From Utricularia gibba (lineage: Eukaryota > Plantae > Magnoliophyta): 39,739 nucleotides of DNA. Where the stretch lies: positions 1-39,739 of the forward strand of contig NEEC01000357.1 in assembly GCA_002189035.1 (NCBI GenBank), given 5' to 3'. The translations under genes were made by a program, and so were the position numbers. Shown here piece by piece: positions 21,766-34,700 of this stretch (its first letter is position 1; each line of letters begins with the position of its first letter). A model generated the notes under the pieces. It ran no database searches, was not told the origin of the DNA, and worked only from the letters and a program-made list of their open reading frames with translations.

Positions 21766-24700
21766 GCATGCTTTATATTTGAGGAGGCTCTCTAGTGGGG
21801 CAACGGTATCGGGCAGGAGGTCGAGTCGAGCTCGGTCCCAGAGTCATTTGTAGCCCGGCAAAAAAATTGATGCATTTATTAACGTTCGGCTTTATTAGGC
21901 TGCCTACATAGTTTCTCAAGGAAAAGCTTGTCGTTTCTGGGCGGGTGATGTCTTTTGGAACTTCGTTCTCACCATAGGTTCGGTCTGACTCCTTTGCCAC
22001 ATCGGGTCCTACTCGACGAAAATCGTGATGCAGTTATTGAAGTTAGGATATCATGAGCACCCAAAATGGTTTTCTCAACCGCATGCTTATATTTGATAAG
22101 GCACTCTCGTGGGCAACGGTATCGAGCAACAGGTCGAGTCGAGCTCGGGCCAGAGTCATTTGTAGCCCGGCAAAAAAATTGATGCATTTATTAATGTTCG
22201 GCTTTATTAGGCTGCCTACATAGTTTCTCAAGGAAAAGCTTGTCGTTTCTGGGCGGGTGATGTCGTTGAGAACTTCGTTCGGACCCAAGGTTCTGTCTGA
22301 CTCCTTTGCCACATCGGGTCCTACTCGACGAAAATCGTGATGCAGTTATTGAAGTTAGGATGTCATGAGCACCCAAAATGTTTTTTCAACCGCATGCTTT
22401 ATATTTGAGGAGGCGCTCTCGTGGGGCAACGGTATCGAGTAGGAGGTCGAGTCGAGCTCGGGCCCATAGTCATTTGTAGCTCGGCAAAAAACTTGATGCA
22501 TTAATTAACGTTGGGTTTTAATAGCGCCTACATTGTTTCTCAAGGAAAAGCTTGTCGTTTTTGGGCGGGTGATGTCGTTGTGAACTTCGTTTTGACCATA
22601 GGTTCTGTCTGACTCCTTTGCCACATCGGGTCCTACTCGACGAAAATCGTGATGCAGTTATTGAAGTTAGGATGTCATGAGCACCCAAAATGGTTTTCTC
22701 AACCGCATGCTTTATATTTGAGGAGGCGCTCTCGTGGGGCAACGGTATCGAGCAGGAGGTCGAGTCGAGCTCGGGCCCATAGTCATTTGTAGCCGGCAAA
22801 AAACTTGATGCATTTATTAACGTTGGTTTTAATAGGCCGCCTAAATGGTTTTCTCAAGGAAAAGCTTGTCGTTTTTGGGCGGGTGATGTCGTTGTGAACT
22901 TCGTTCTGACCAAGGTTCGGTCTGTCACCTTTGCCAATCTGGTCCTACTCGACGAAAATCGTGATGCAGTTATTGAAGTTAGGATTTCATGAGCACCCAA
23001 AATGGTTTTCTCAACCGCATGCTTTATATTTGAGGAGGCGCTCTCGTGGGGCAACGGTATCGAGCAGAGGTCGAGTCGAGCTCGGCCCATAGTCATTTGT
23101 AGCTCGGCAAAAAACTTGATGCATTTATTAACGGTTGGTTTTAATAGGCCGCCTAAATGGTTTTCTCAGGAAAAGCTTGTCGTTTTTGGGCGGGTGATGT
23201 CGTTGTGAACTTCGTTCTGACCATAGGTTCGGTCTGACTCCTTTGCCACATCGGGTCCTACTCGACGAAAATCGTGATGCAGTTATTGAAGTTAGGATGT
23301 CATGAGCACCCAAATGGTTTTCTCAACCGCATGCTTTATATTTGAGGAGGCGCTCTCGTGGGGCAACGGTATCGAGCAGGAGGTCGAGTCGAGCTCGGGC
23401 CCAGAGTCATTTGTAGCCCGACAAAAATATTGATGCATTTATTAACGTTGGCGCTATTAGGCTGCCTACATAGTTTCTCAAAGAAAAGCTTGTCGTTTCT
23501 GCGCGGGTGATGTCGTTGGGAACTTCGTTCGGACCCAAGGTTCTGTCTGACTCCTTTGCCACATCGGGTCCTACTCAACGAAAATCGTGATGCAGTTATT
23601 GAAGTTAGGATGTCATGAGCACCCAAAATGGTTTTCTCAACCGCATGCTTTATATTTGAGGAGGCGCTCTCGTGGGGCAACGGTATCGAGCAGGAGGTCG
23701 AGTCGAGCTCGGGCCCATAGTCATTTGTAGCTCGGCAAAAAACTTGATGCATTTATTAACGGTTGGTTTTAATAGGCCGCCTAAATGGTTTCTCATGGAA
23801 AAGCTTGTCGTTTTGGGCGGGTGATGTCGTTGTGAACTTCGTTCTGACCATAGGTTCGGTCTGACTCCTTTGCCACATCGGGTCCTACTCAACGAAAATC
23901 GTGATGCAGTTATTGAAGTTAGGATGTCATGAGCACCCAAAATGGTTTTCTCAACCGCATGCTTTATATTTGAGGAGGCGTTCTCGTGGGGCAACGGTAT
24001 CGAGCAGGAGGTCGAGTCGAGCTCGGGCCCATAGTCATTTGTAGCTCGGCAAAAAAATTTGATGCATTTATTAACGGTTGGTTTTAATAGGCGCCTAAAT
24101 GGTTTTCTCAGGAAAAGCTTGTCGTTTTTGGCGGGTGATGTCGTTGTGAACTTCGTTGTGACCCAAGGTTCGGTCTGTCTCCTTTGCCAATCTGGTCCTA
24201 CTCGACGAAAATCGTGATGCAGTTATTGAAGTTAGGATTTCATGAGCACCCAAAAGGGTTTTCTCAACCGCATGCTTTATATTTGATAAGGCACTCTCGT
24301 GGGGCAACGGTATCGAGCAGGAGGTCGAGTCGAGCTCGGCCCAGAGTCATTTGTAGCCCGACAAAAATATTGATGCATTTATTAACGTTGGCGCTATAGG
24401 CTGCCTACATAGTTTCTCAAGGAAAAGCTTGTCGTTTCTGGGCGGGTGATGTCGTTGGAACTTCGTTCGGACCCAAGGTTCTGTCTGACTCCTTTGCCAC
24501 ATCGGGTCCTACTCGACGAAAATCGTGATGCAGTTATTGAAGTTAGGATGTCATGAGCACCCAAAATGGTTTTCTCAACCGCATGCTTTATATTTGAGGA
24601 GCGCTCTCGTGGGGCAACGGTATCGAGCAGGAGGTCGAGTCGAGCTCGGGCCCATAGTCATTTGTAGCTCGGCAAAAAACTTGATGCATTTATTAACGGT

Positions 24701-25837
24701 TGGTTTTAATAGGCCGCCTAAATGGTTTTCTCAAGGAAAAGCTTGTCGTTTTTGGGCGGGTGATGTCGTTGTGAACTTCGTTGTGACCCAAGGTTCGGTC
24801 TGTCACCTTTGCCAAATCTGGTCCTACTCGACGAAAATCGTGATGCAGTTATTGAAGTTAGGATTTCATGAGCACCCAAAATGGTTTTCTCAACCGCATG
24901 CTTTATATTTGAGGAGGCGCTCTCGTGGGGCAACGGTATCGAGCAGGAGTCGAGTCGAGCTCGGGCCCATAGTCATTTGTAGCTCGGCAAAAAAACTTGA
25001 TGCATTTATTAACGGTTGGTTTTAATAGGCCGCCTAAATGGTTTTCTCATGAAAAGCTTGTCGTTTTTGGGCGGGTGATGTCGTTGTGAACTTCGTTCTG
25101 ACCATAGGTTCGGTCTGACTCCTTTGCCACATCGGGTCCTACTCGACGAAAATCGTGATGCAGTTATTGAAGTTAGGATGTCATGAGCACCCAAAATGGT
25201 TTTCTCAACCGCATGCTTTATATTTGAGGAGGCGCTCTCGTGGGGCAACGGTATCGAGCAGGAGGTCGAGTCGAGCTCGGGCCCATAGTCATTTGTAGCT
25301 CGGCAAAAAATTTGATGCATTTATTAACGTTGGTTTTAATAGGCGCCTAAATGGTTTTCTCATGGAAAAGCTTGTCGTTTTTGGGCGGGTGATGTCGTTG
25401 TGAACTTCGTTGTGACCATAGGTTCGGTCTGACTCCTTTGCCACATCGGGTCCTACTCAACGAAAATCGTGATGCAGTTATTGAAGTTAGGATGTCATGA
25501 GCACCCAAAATGGTTTTCTCAACCGCATGCTTTATATTTGAGGAGGCGCTCTCGTGGGGCAACGGTATCGAGCAGGAGGTCGAGTCGAGCTCGGGCCCAT
25601 AGTCATTTGTAGCTCGGCAAAAAATTTGATGCATTTATTAACGGTTGGTTTTAATAGGCCGCCAATGGTTTTCTCAGGAAAAGCTTGTCTTTTTTTGGGC
25701 GGGTGATGTCGTTGTGAACTTCGTTGTGACCCAAGGTTCGGTCTGTCACCTTTGCCAATCTGGTCCTACTCGACGAAAATCGTGATGCAGTTATTGAAGT
25801 TAGGATTTCATGAGCACCCAAAATGGTTTTCTCAACC
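21766..25837. repeat. 13-monomer higher-order repeat, copy 2 (~4.07 kb)
   Basis: Monomer-by-monomer correspondence with 17707-21765, including the GACAAAAATATTG-type monomers in slots 6 and 9 (near 23328 and 24270, versus 19266 and 20203). Confidence 0.85.
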
Positions 25838-26770
25838 GCATGCTTTATATTTGATAAGGCACTCTCGTGGGGCAACGGTATCGAGCAGGAGGTCGAGTCG
25901 AGCTCGGTCCCAGAGTCATTTGTAGCCCGACAAAAATATTGATGCATTTATTAACGTTCGGCGCTATTAGGCTGCCTACATAGTTTCTCAAGGAAAAGCT
26001 TGTCGTTTCTGGCGGGTGATGTCGTTGGGAACTTCGTTCGGACCAAGGTTTTGTCTGACTCCTTTGCCACATCGGGTCCTACTCGACGAAAATCGTGATG
26101 CAGTTATTGAAGTTAGGATGTCATGAGCACCCAAAATGGTTTTCTCAACCGCATGCTTTTATTTGAGGAGGCGCTCTCGTGGGGCAACGGTATCGAGCAG
26201 GAGGTCGAGTCGAGCTCGGGCCCATAGTCATTTGTAGCTCGGCAAAAAACTTGATGCATTTATTAACGTTGGTTTTAATAGGCGCCTAATGGTTTTCTCA
26301 AGGAAAAAGCTTGTCGTTTTTGGGCGGGTGATGTCGTTGTGAACTTCGTTCTGACCAAGGTTCGGTCTGACTCCTTTGCCAATCTGGTCCTACTCGACGA
26401 AAATCGTGATGCAGTTATTGAAGTTAGGATATCATGAGCCCAAAATGGTTTTCTCAACCGCATGCTTTATATTTGATAAGGCGCTCTCGTGGGGCAACGG
26501 TATCGAGCAGGAGGTCGAGTCGAGCTCGGGCCCATAGTCATTTGTAGCTCGGCAAAAAACTTGATGCATTTATTAATGTTGGGTTTAATAGCTGCCTACA
26601 TTGTTTCTCAAGGAAAAGCTTGTCGTTTTTGGGCGGGTGATGTCGTTGTGAACTTCGTTCTGACCCAAGGTTCGGTCTGTCTCCTTTGCCAAATCTGGTC
26701 TACTCGACGAAAATCGTGATGCAGTTATTGAAGTTAGGATTTCATGAGCACCCAAAATGTTTTCTCAATC

Positions 26771-27065
26771 GCATGCTTTGTATTTGAGGAGGCGCTCTAG
26801 TGGGGCACGGTATCGGGCAAAGGTCGAGTCGGGCTCGCTCAGAAGTGAAAAAGTGATGCATTTATTAACGTTGGTTTTAATAGGCTGCCTACATGGTTTC
26901 TCAAGGAAAAGCTTGTCGTTTCTGGGCGGGTGATGTCTTTTGGAACTTCGTTCTGACCATAGGTTCGGTCTGACTCCTTTGCCACATCGGGTCCTACTCG
27001 ACGAAAATCGTGATGCAGTTATTGAAGTTAGGATGTCATGAGCACCCAAAATGGTTTTCTCAACC
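26771..27065. repeat. Divergent monomer with an internal ~17-20-bp deletion
   Basis: CTTTGTATTTG..CTCTAGTGGGGCACGGTATCGGGCAAAGGTCGAGTCGGGCTCGCTCAGAAGTGAAAAAGTGATGC. GAGCTC and GGGCCC are lost. Monomer length is 295 bp. Confidence 0.85.
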
Positions 27066-30000
27066 GCATGCTTTATATTTGAGGAGGCGCTCTCGTGGGG
27101 CAACGGTATCGAGCAGGAGGTCGAGTCGAGCTCGGGCCCATAGTCATTTGTAGCTCGGCAAAAAACTTGATGCATTAATTAACGTTGGGTTTTAATAGAA
27201 CGCCTACATTGTTTTCTCAAGGAAAAGCTTGTCGTTTTTGGGCGGGTGATTTCGTTGTGAACTTCGTTCTGACCCAACGTTTGGTCTGACTCCTTTGCCA
27301 CATCGGGTCCTACTCGACGAAAATCGTGATGCAGTTATTGAAGTTAGGATGTCATGAGCACCCAAAATGGTTTTCTCAACCGCATGCTTTATATTTGATA
27401 AGGCGCTCTCGTGGGGCAACGGTATCGAGTAGGAGGTCGAGTCGAGCTCGGGCCCATAGTCATTTGTAGCTCGGCAAAAAACTTGATGCATTTATTAACG
27501 GTTGGTTTTAATAGGCTGCCTTAATGGTTTTCTCAAGGAAAAGCTTGTCGTTTTTGGGCGGGTGATGTCGTTGTGAACTTCGTTCTGACCAAGGTTCGGT
27601 CTGTCTCCTTTGCCAAATCTGGTCCTACTCGACGAAAATCGTGATGCAGTTATTGAAGTTAGGATTTCATGAGCACCCAAAATGGTTTTCTCAATCGCAT
27701 GCTTTTATTTTATATTTGAGGAGGCTCTGTAGTGGGGGCAACGGTATCGGGCCAGAGGTCGAGTCGAGCTCGGGCCCAGAGTCATTTGTAGCCCGGCAAA
27801 AAAAATTGATGCATTTATTAACGTTCGGCTTTATTAGGCTGCCTACATAGTTTCTCAAGGAAAAGCTTGTCGTTTCTGGCGGGTGATGTCTTTTGGAACT
27901 TCGTTCTCACCATAGGTTCGGTCTGACTCCTTTGCCACATCGGGTCCTACTCGACGAAAATCGTGATGCAGTTATTGAAGTTAGGATATCATGAGCACCC
28001 AAAATGGTTTTCTCAACCGCATGCTTTATATTTGATAAGGCACTCTCGTGGGCAACGGTATCGAGCAAGGTCGAGTCGAGCTCGGGCCAGAGTCATTTGT
28101 AGCCGGCAAAAAATTGATGCATTTATTAACGTTCGGCTTTATTAGGCTGCCTACATAGTTTCTCAAGGAAAAGCTTGTCGTTTCTGGCGGGTGATGTCGT
28201 TGGAACTTCGTTCGGACCAAGGTTCTGTCTGACTCCTTTGCCACATCGGGTCCTACTCGACGAAAATCGTGATGCAGTTATTGAAGTTAGGATGTCATGA
28301 GCACCCAAAATGGTTTTCTCAACCGCATGCTTTATATTTGAGGAGGCGCTCTCGTGGGGCAACGGTATCGAGTAGGAGGTCGAGTCGAGCTCGGCCCATA
28401 GTCATTTGTAGCTCGGCAAAAAACTTGATGCATTAATTAACGTTGGGTTTTAATAGAACGCCTACATTGTTTTCTCAAGGAAAAGCTTGTCGTTTTTGGG
28501 CGGGTGATTTCGTTGTGAACTTCGTTCTGACCCAACGTTTGGTCTGACTCCTTTGCCACATCGGGTCCTACTCGACGAAAATCGTGATGCAGTTATTGAA
28601 GTTAGCATGTCATGAGCACCCAAAATGGTTTTCTCAACCGCATGCTTTATATTTGATAAGGTGCTCTCGTGGGGCAACGGTATCGAGTAGGAGGTCGAGT
28701 CGAGCTCGGGCCCATAGTCATTTGTAGCTCGGCAAAAAACTTGATGCATTTATTAACGGTTGGTTTTAATAGGCTGCCTAAATGGTTTTCTCAAGGAAAA
28801 GCTTGTCGTTTTTGGGCGGGTGATGTCGTTGTGAACTTCGTTCTGACCAAGGTTCGGTCTGTCTCCTTTGCCAAATCTGGTCCTACTCGACGAAAATCGT
28901 GTGATGCAGTTATTGAAGTTAGGATTTCATGAGCACCCAAAATGGTTTCTCAATCGCATGCTTTATATTTGAGGAGGCTCTGTAGTGGGGCAACGGTACG
29001 AGCAGAGGTCGAGTCGAGCTCGGTCCCAGAGTCATTTGTAGCCCGGCAAAAAAATTGATGCATTTATTAACGTTCGGCTTTATTAGGCTGCCTACATAGT
29101 TTCTCAAGGAAAAGCTTGTCGTTTCTGGGCGGGTGATGTCTTTTGGAACTTCGTTCTGACCATAGGTTCGGTCTGACTCCTTTGCCACATCGGGTCCTAG
29201 TCGACGAAAATCGTGATGCAGTTATTGAAGTTAGGATATCATGAGCACCCAAAATGGTTTTCTCAACCGCATGCTTTATATTTGATAAGGCACTCTCGTG
29301 GGCAACGGTATCGAGAACAGGTCGAGTCGAGCTCGGGACAGAGTCATTTGTAGCCCGGCAAAAAAAATTGATGCATTTATTAACGTTCGGCTTTATTAGG
29401 CTGCCTACATAGTTTCTCAAGGAAAAGCTTGTCGTTTCTACGCGGGTGATGTCGTTGAGAACTTCGTTCGGACCCAAGGTTCTGTCTGACTCCTTTGCCA
29501 CATCGGGTCCTACTCGACGAAAATCGTGATGCAGTTATTGAAGTTAGGATGTCATGAGCACCCAAAATGGTTTTCTCAACCGCATGCTTTATATTTGAGG
29601 AGGCACTCTCGTGGGGCAACGGTATCGAGTAGGAGGTCGAGTCGAGCTCGGGCCCATAGTCATTTGTAGCTCGGCAAAAAACTTGATGCATTAATTAACG
29701 TTGGGTTTTAATAGAACGCCTACATTGTTTTCTCAAGGAAAAGCTTGTCGTTTTTGGGCGGGTGATTTCGTTGTGAACTTCGTTCTGACCCAACGTTCGG
29801 TCTGACTCCTTTGCCACATCGGGTCCTACTCGACGAAAATCGTGATGCAGTTATTGAAGTTAGATTCATGAGCACCCAAAATGGTTTTCTCAACCGCATG
29901 CTTTATATTTGATAAGGTGCTCTCGTGGGGCAACGGTATCGAGTAGGAGGTCGAGTCGAGCTCGGGCCCATAGTCATTTGTAGCTCGGCAAAAAACTTGA

Positions 30001-31449
30001 TGCATTTATTAACGGTTGGTTTTAATAGGCTGCCTAAATTTTCTCAAGGAAAAGCTTGTCGTTTTTGGGCGGGTGATGTCGTTGAACTTCGTTCTGACCC
30101 AAGGTTCGGTCTGTCTCCTTTGCCAAATCTGGTCCTACTCGACGAAAATCGTGATGCAGTTATTGAAGTTAGGATTTCATGAGCAACCAAAATGGTTTCT
30201 CAATCGCATGCTTTATATTTGAGGAGGCTCTCTAGTGGGGCAACGGTATGAGCAGAGGTCGAGTCGAGCTCCCCAGAGTCATTTGTAGCCGGCAAAAAAA
30301 TTGATGCATTTATTAACGTTCGGCTTTATAGGCTGCCTACATAGTTTCTCAAGGAAAAGCTTGTCGTTTCTGGGCGGGTGATGTCTTTTGGAACTTCGTT
30401 CTGACCATAGGTTCGGTCTGACTCCTTTGCACATCGGGTCCTACTCGACGAAAATCGTGATGCAGTTATTGAAGTTAGGATTCATGAGCACCCAAAATGG
30501 TTTTCTCAACCGCATGCTTTATATTTGATAAGGCACTCTCGTGGGCAACGGTATCGAGCAAAGGTCGAGTCGAGCTCGGGCCAGAGTCATTTGTAGCCCG
30601 GCAAAAAAAATTGATGCATTTATTAACGTTCGGTTTTATTAGGCTGCCTACATAGTTTCTCAAGGAAAAGCTTGTCGTTTCTGGGGGTGATGTCGTTGGA
30701 ACTTCGTTCGGACCCAAGGTTCTGTCTGACTCCTTTGCCACATCGGGTCCTACTCGACGAAAATCGTGATGCAGTTATTGAAGTTAGGATGTCATGAGCA
30801 CCCAAAATGGTTTTCTCAACCGCATGCTTTATATTTGAGGAGGCGCTCTCGTGGGGCAACGGTATCGAGTAGGAGGTCGAGTCGAGCTCGGGCCCATAGT
30901 CATTTGTAGCTCGGCAAAAAACTTGATGCATTAATTAACGTTGGGTTTTAATAGAACGCCTACATTGTTTTCTCAAGGAAAAGCTTGTCGTTTTTGGGCG
31001 GGTGATTTCGTTGTGAACTTCGTTCTGACCCAACGTTCGGTCTGACTCCTTTGCCACATCGGGTCCTACTCGACGAAAATCGTGAGCAGTTATTGAAGTT
31101 AGATGTCATGAGCACCCAAAATGGTTTTCTCAACCGCATGCTTTATATTGATAAGGTGCTCTCGTGGGGCAACGGTATCGAGTAGGAGGTCGAGTCGAGC
31201 TCGGGCCCATAGTCATTTGTAGCTCGGCAAAAAACTTGATGCATTTATTAACGGTTGGTTTTAATAGGCTGCCTAAATGGTTTTCTCAAGGAAAAGCTTG
31301 TCGTTTTTGGGCGGTGATGTCGTTGTGAACTTCGTTCTGACCCAAGGTTCGGTCTGTCTCCTTTGCCAAATCTGGTCCTACTCGACGAAAATCGTGATGC
31401 AGTTATTGAAGTTAGGATTTCATGAGCACCCAAAATGCTTTTGTCAATC
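27066..31449. repeat. 4-monomer higher-order repeat block, ~3.5 copies of ~1.25 kb
   Basis: TTAATTAA at 27175, 28433, 29691 and 30931 (spacings 1258, 1258, 1240). GATATC at 27985 and 29235. AATAGAACGCC, GATTTCG and ACCCAACGTT are confined to every fourth monomer. Confidence 0.9.
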
Positions 31450-31759
31450 GCATGCTTTGTAGTTGAGGAGGCGCTCTAGTGGGGCACGGTATCGGGCAAA
31501 GGTCGAGTCGGGCTCGCTCCCAGAGTTTTTTTAGCCTGTCAAAAAAAGTGATGCATTTATTAACGTTGGGTTTTAATAGGCTGCCTACATGGTTTCTCAA
31601 GGAAAAGCTTGTCGTTTCTGGGCGGGTGATGTCGTTTGGAACTTCGTTCTGACCAAGGTTCGGTCTGACTCCTTTGCCACATCGGGTCCTACTCGACGAA
31701 AATCGTGATGCAGTTTTGAAGTTAGGATGTCATGAGCACCCAAAATGGTTTTCTCAACC
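31450..31759. repeat. Divergent monomer, near full-length sister of 26771-27065
   Basis: Shares CTTTGTA, GGGGCACGG, ATCGGGCAAAGG, GTCGGGCTCGCTC and AAAAAGTGATGC, but keeps CCCAGAGTTTTTTTAGCCTGTC where the other copy is deleted. Confidence 0.85.
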
Positions 31760-34700
31760 GCATGCTTTATATTTGAGGAGGCGCTCTCGTGGGGCAACGG
31801 TATCGAGCAGGAGGTCGAGTCGAGCTCGGGCCAGAGTCATTTGTAGCCCGACAAAAAATATTGATGCATTTATTAACGTTCGGGCTATTAGGCTGCCTAC
31901 ATAGTTTTCAAGGAAAAGCTTGTCGTTTCTGGGCGGGTGATGTCGTTGGGAACTCGTTCGACCCAAGGTTCTGTCTGACTCCTTTGCCACATCGGGTCCT
32001 ACTCGACGAAAATCGTGATGCAGTTATTGAAGTTAGGATGTCATGAGCACCCAAAATGGTTTTCTCAACCGGATGCTTTATATTTGAGGAGGCGCTCTCG
32101 GGGCAACGGTATCGAGCAGGAGGTCGAGTCGAGCTCGGCCCATAGTCATTTGTAGCTCGGCAAAAAACTTGATGCATTTATTAACGTTGGGTTTTAATAG
32201 GCCTACATTGTTTTCTCAAGGAAAAGCTTGTCGTTTTTGGGCGGGTGATTTCGTTGTGAACTTCGTTCTGACCCAAGTTCGTCTGACTCCTTTGCCACAT
32301 CGGGTCCTACTCGACGAAAATCGTGATGCAGTTATTGAAGTTAGGATGTCATGAGCACCCAAAATGGTTTTCTCAACCGCATGCTTTATATTTGATAAGG
32401 TGCTCTCGTGGGGCAACGGTATCGAGCAGGAGGTCGAGTCGAGCTCGGGCCCATAGTCATTTGTAGCTCGGCAAAAAATTGATGCATTTATTAACGTTGG
32501 TTTTAATAGGCTGCCTACATTTTTCTCAAGGAAAAGCTTGTCGTTTTTGGGCGGGTGATGTCGTTGTGAACTTCGTTCTGACCCAAGGTTCGGTCTGACT
32601 CCTTTGCCACATCGGTCCTACTCGACGAAAATCGTGATGCAGTTATTGAAGTTAGGATGTCATGAGCACCCAAAATGGTTTTCTCAACCGCATGCTTTAT
32701 ATTTGAGGAGGCGCTCTCGTGGGGCAACGGTATCGAGCAGGAGGTCGAGTCGAGCTCGGGCCCAGAGTCATTTGTAGCCCGACAAAAATTGATGCATTTA
32801 TTAACGTTCGGCGCTATTAGGCTGCCTACATAGTTTCTCAAGGAAAAGCTTGTCGTTTCTGCCGGGTGATGTCGTTGGAACTTCGTTCGGACCCAAGGTT
32901 CTGTCTGACTCCTTTGCCACATCGGGTCCTACTCGACGAAAATCGTGATGCAGTTATTGAAGTTAGGATGTCATGAGCACCCAAAATGGTTTTCTCAACC
33001 GCATGCTTTATATTTGAGGAGGCGCTCTCGTGGGGCAACGGTATCGAGCAGGAGGTCGCGAGTCGAGCTCGGGCCATAGTCATTTGTAGCTCGGCAAAAA
33101 ACTTGATGCATTTATTAACGTTGGTTTTAATAGGCCGCCTAAATGGTTTTCTCAAGGAAAAGCTTGTCGTTTTTGGGCGGGTGATGTCGTTGTGAACTTC
33201 GTTCTGACCCAAGGTTCGGTCTGACCTTTGCCACATCGGTCCTACTCGACGAAAATCGTGATGCAGTTATTGAAGTTAGGATGTCATGAGCACCCAAAAT
33301 GGTTTTCTCAACCGCATGCTTTATATTTGAGGAGGCGCTCTCGTGGGGCAACGGTATCGAGCAGGAGGTCGAGTCGAGCTCGGGCCCATAGTCATTTGTA
33401 GCTCGGCAAAAAACTTGATGCATTTATTAACGGTTGGTTTTAATAGGCTGCCTAAATGGTTTTCTCAAGGAAAAGCTTGTCGTTTTTGGGCGGGTGATGT
33501 CGTTGTGAACTTCGTTCTGACCCAAGGTTCGGTCTGACTCCTTTGCCACATCGGGTCCTACTCGACGAAAATCGTGATGCAGTTATTGAAGTTAGGATTC
33601 ATGAGCACCCAAAATGGTTTTCTCAACCGCATGCTTTATATTTGATAAGGCGCTCTCGTGGGGCAACGGTATCGAGCAGGTCGAGTCGAGCTCGGCCCAT
33701 AGTCATTTGTAGCCCGACAAAAAATTGATGCATTTATTAACGTTGGTTTTTAATAGGCTGCCTACATAGTTTTTCAAGGAAAAGCTTGTCGTTTCTGCGC
33801 GGGTGATGTCGTTGGAACTTCGTTCGGACCCAAGGTTCTGTCTGACTCCTTTGCCACATCGGGTCCTACTCGACGAAAATCGTGATGCAGTTATTGAAGT
33901 TAGGATGTCATGAGCACCCAAAATGGTTTTCTCAACCGCATGCTTTATATTTGAGGAGGCGCTCTCGTGGGGCAACGGTATCGAGCAGGAGGTCGAGTCG
34001 AGCTCGGGCCCATAGTCATTTGTAGCTCGGCAAAAAACTTGATGCATTTATTAACGTTGGTTTTAATAGGCCGCCTAAATGGTTTTCTCAAGGAAAAGCT
34101 TGTCGTTTTTGGGCGGGTGATGTCGTTGTGAACTTCGTTCTGACCCAAGGTTCGGTCTGTCTCCTTTGCCAATCTGGTCCTACTCGACGAAAATCGTGAT
34201 GCAGTTATTGAAGTTAGGATTCATGAGCACCCAAAATGGTTTTCTCAACGCATGCTTTATATTTGAGGAGGCGCTCTAGTGGGGCACGGTATCGGGCAGG
34301 AGGTCGAGTCGAGCTCGGTCCCAGAGTCATTTGTAGCCCGAAAAATTGATGCATTTATTAACGTTGGTATTAGGCTGCCTACATAGTTTCTCAAGGAAAA
34401 GCTTGTCGTTTCTGGCGGGTGATGTCGTTGGGAACTTCGTTCGGACCCAAGGTTCGTCTGACTCCTTTGCCACATCGGGTCCTACTCGACGAAAATCGTG
34501 ATGCAGTTATTGAAGTTAGGATGTCATGAGCACCCAAAATGGTTTTCTCAACCGCATGCTTTATATTTGAGGAGGCGCTCTCGTGGGGCAACGGTATCGA
34601 GCAGGAGGTCGAGTCGAGCTCGGGCCCATAGTCATTTGTAGCTCGGCAAAAAACTTGATGCATTTATTAACGTTGGGTTTTAATAGGCGCCTACATTGTT

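Noticed and set aside
26771-31449. A 15-monomer higher-order repeat suggested by the 4674 and 4679 bp spacings
   Set aside because: Flanking and internal monomers do not correspond at lag 15; only the divergent monomer and its upstream neighbour match.
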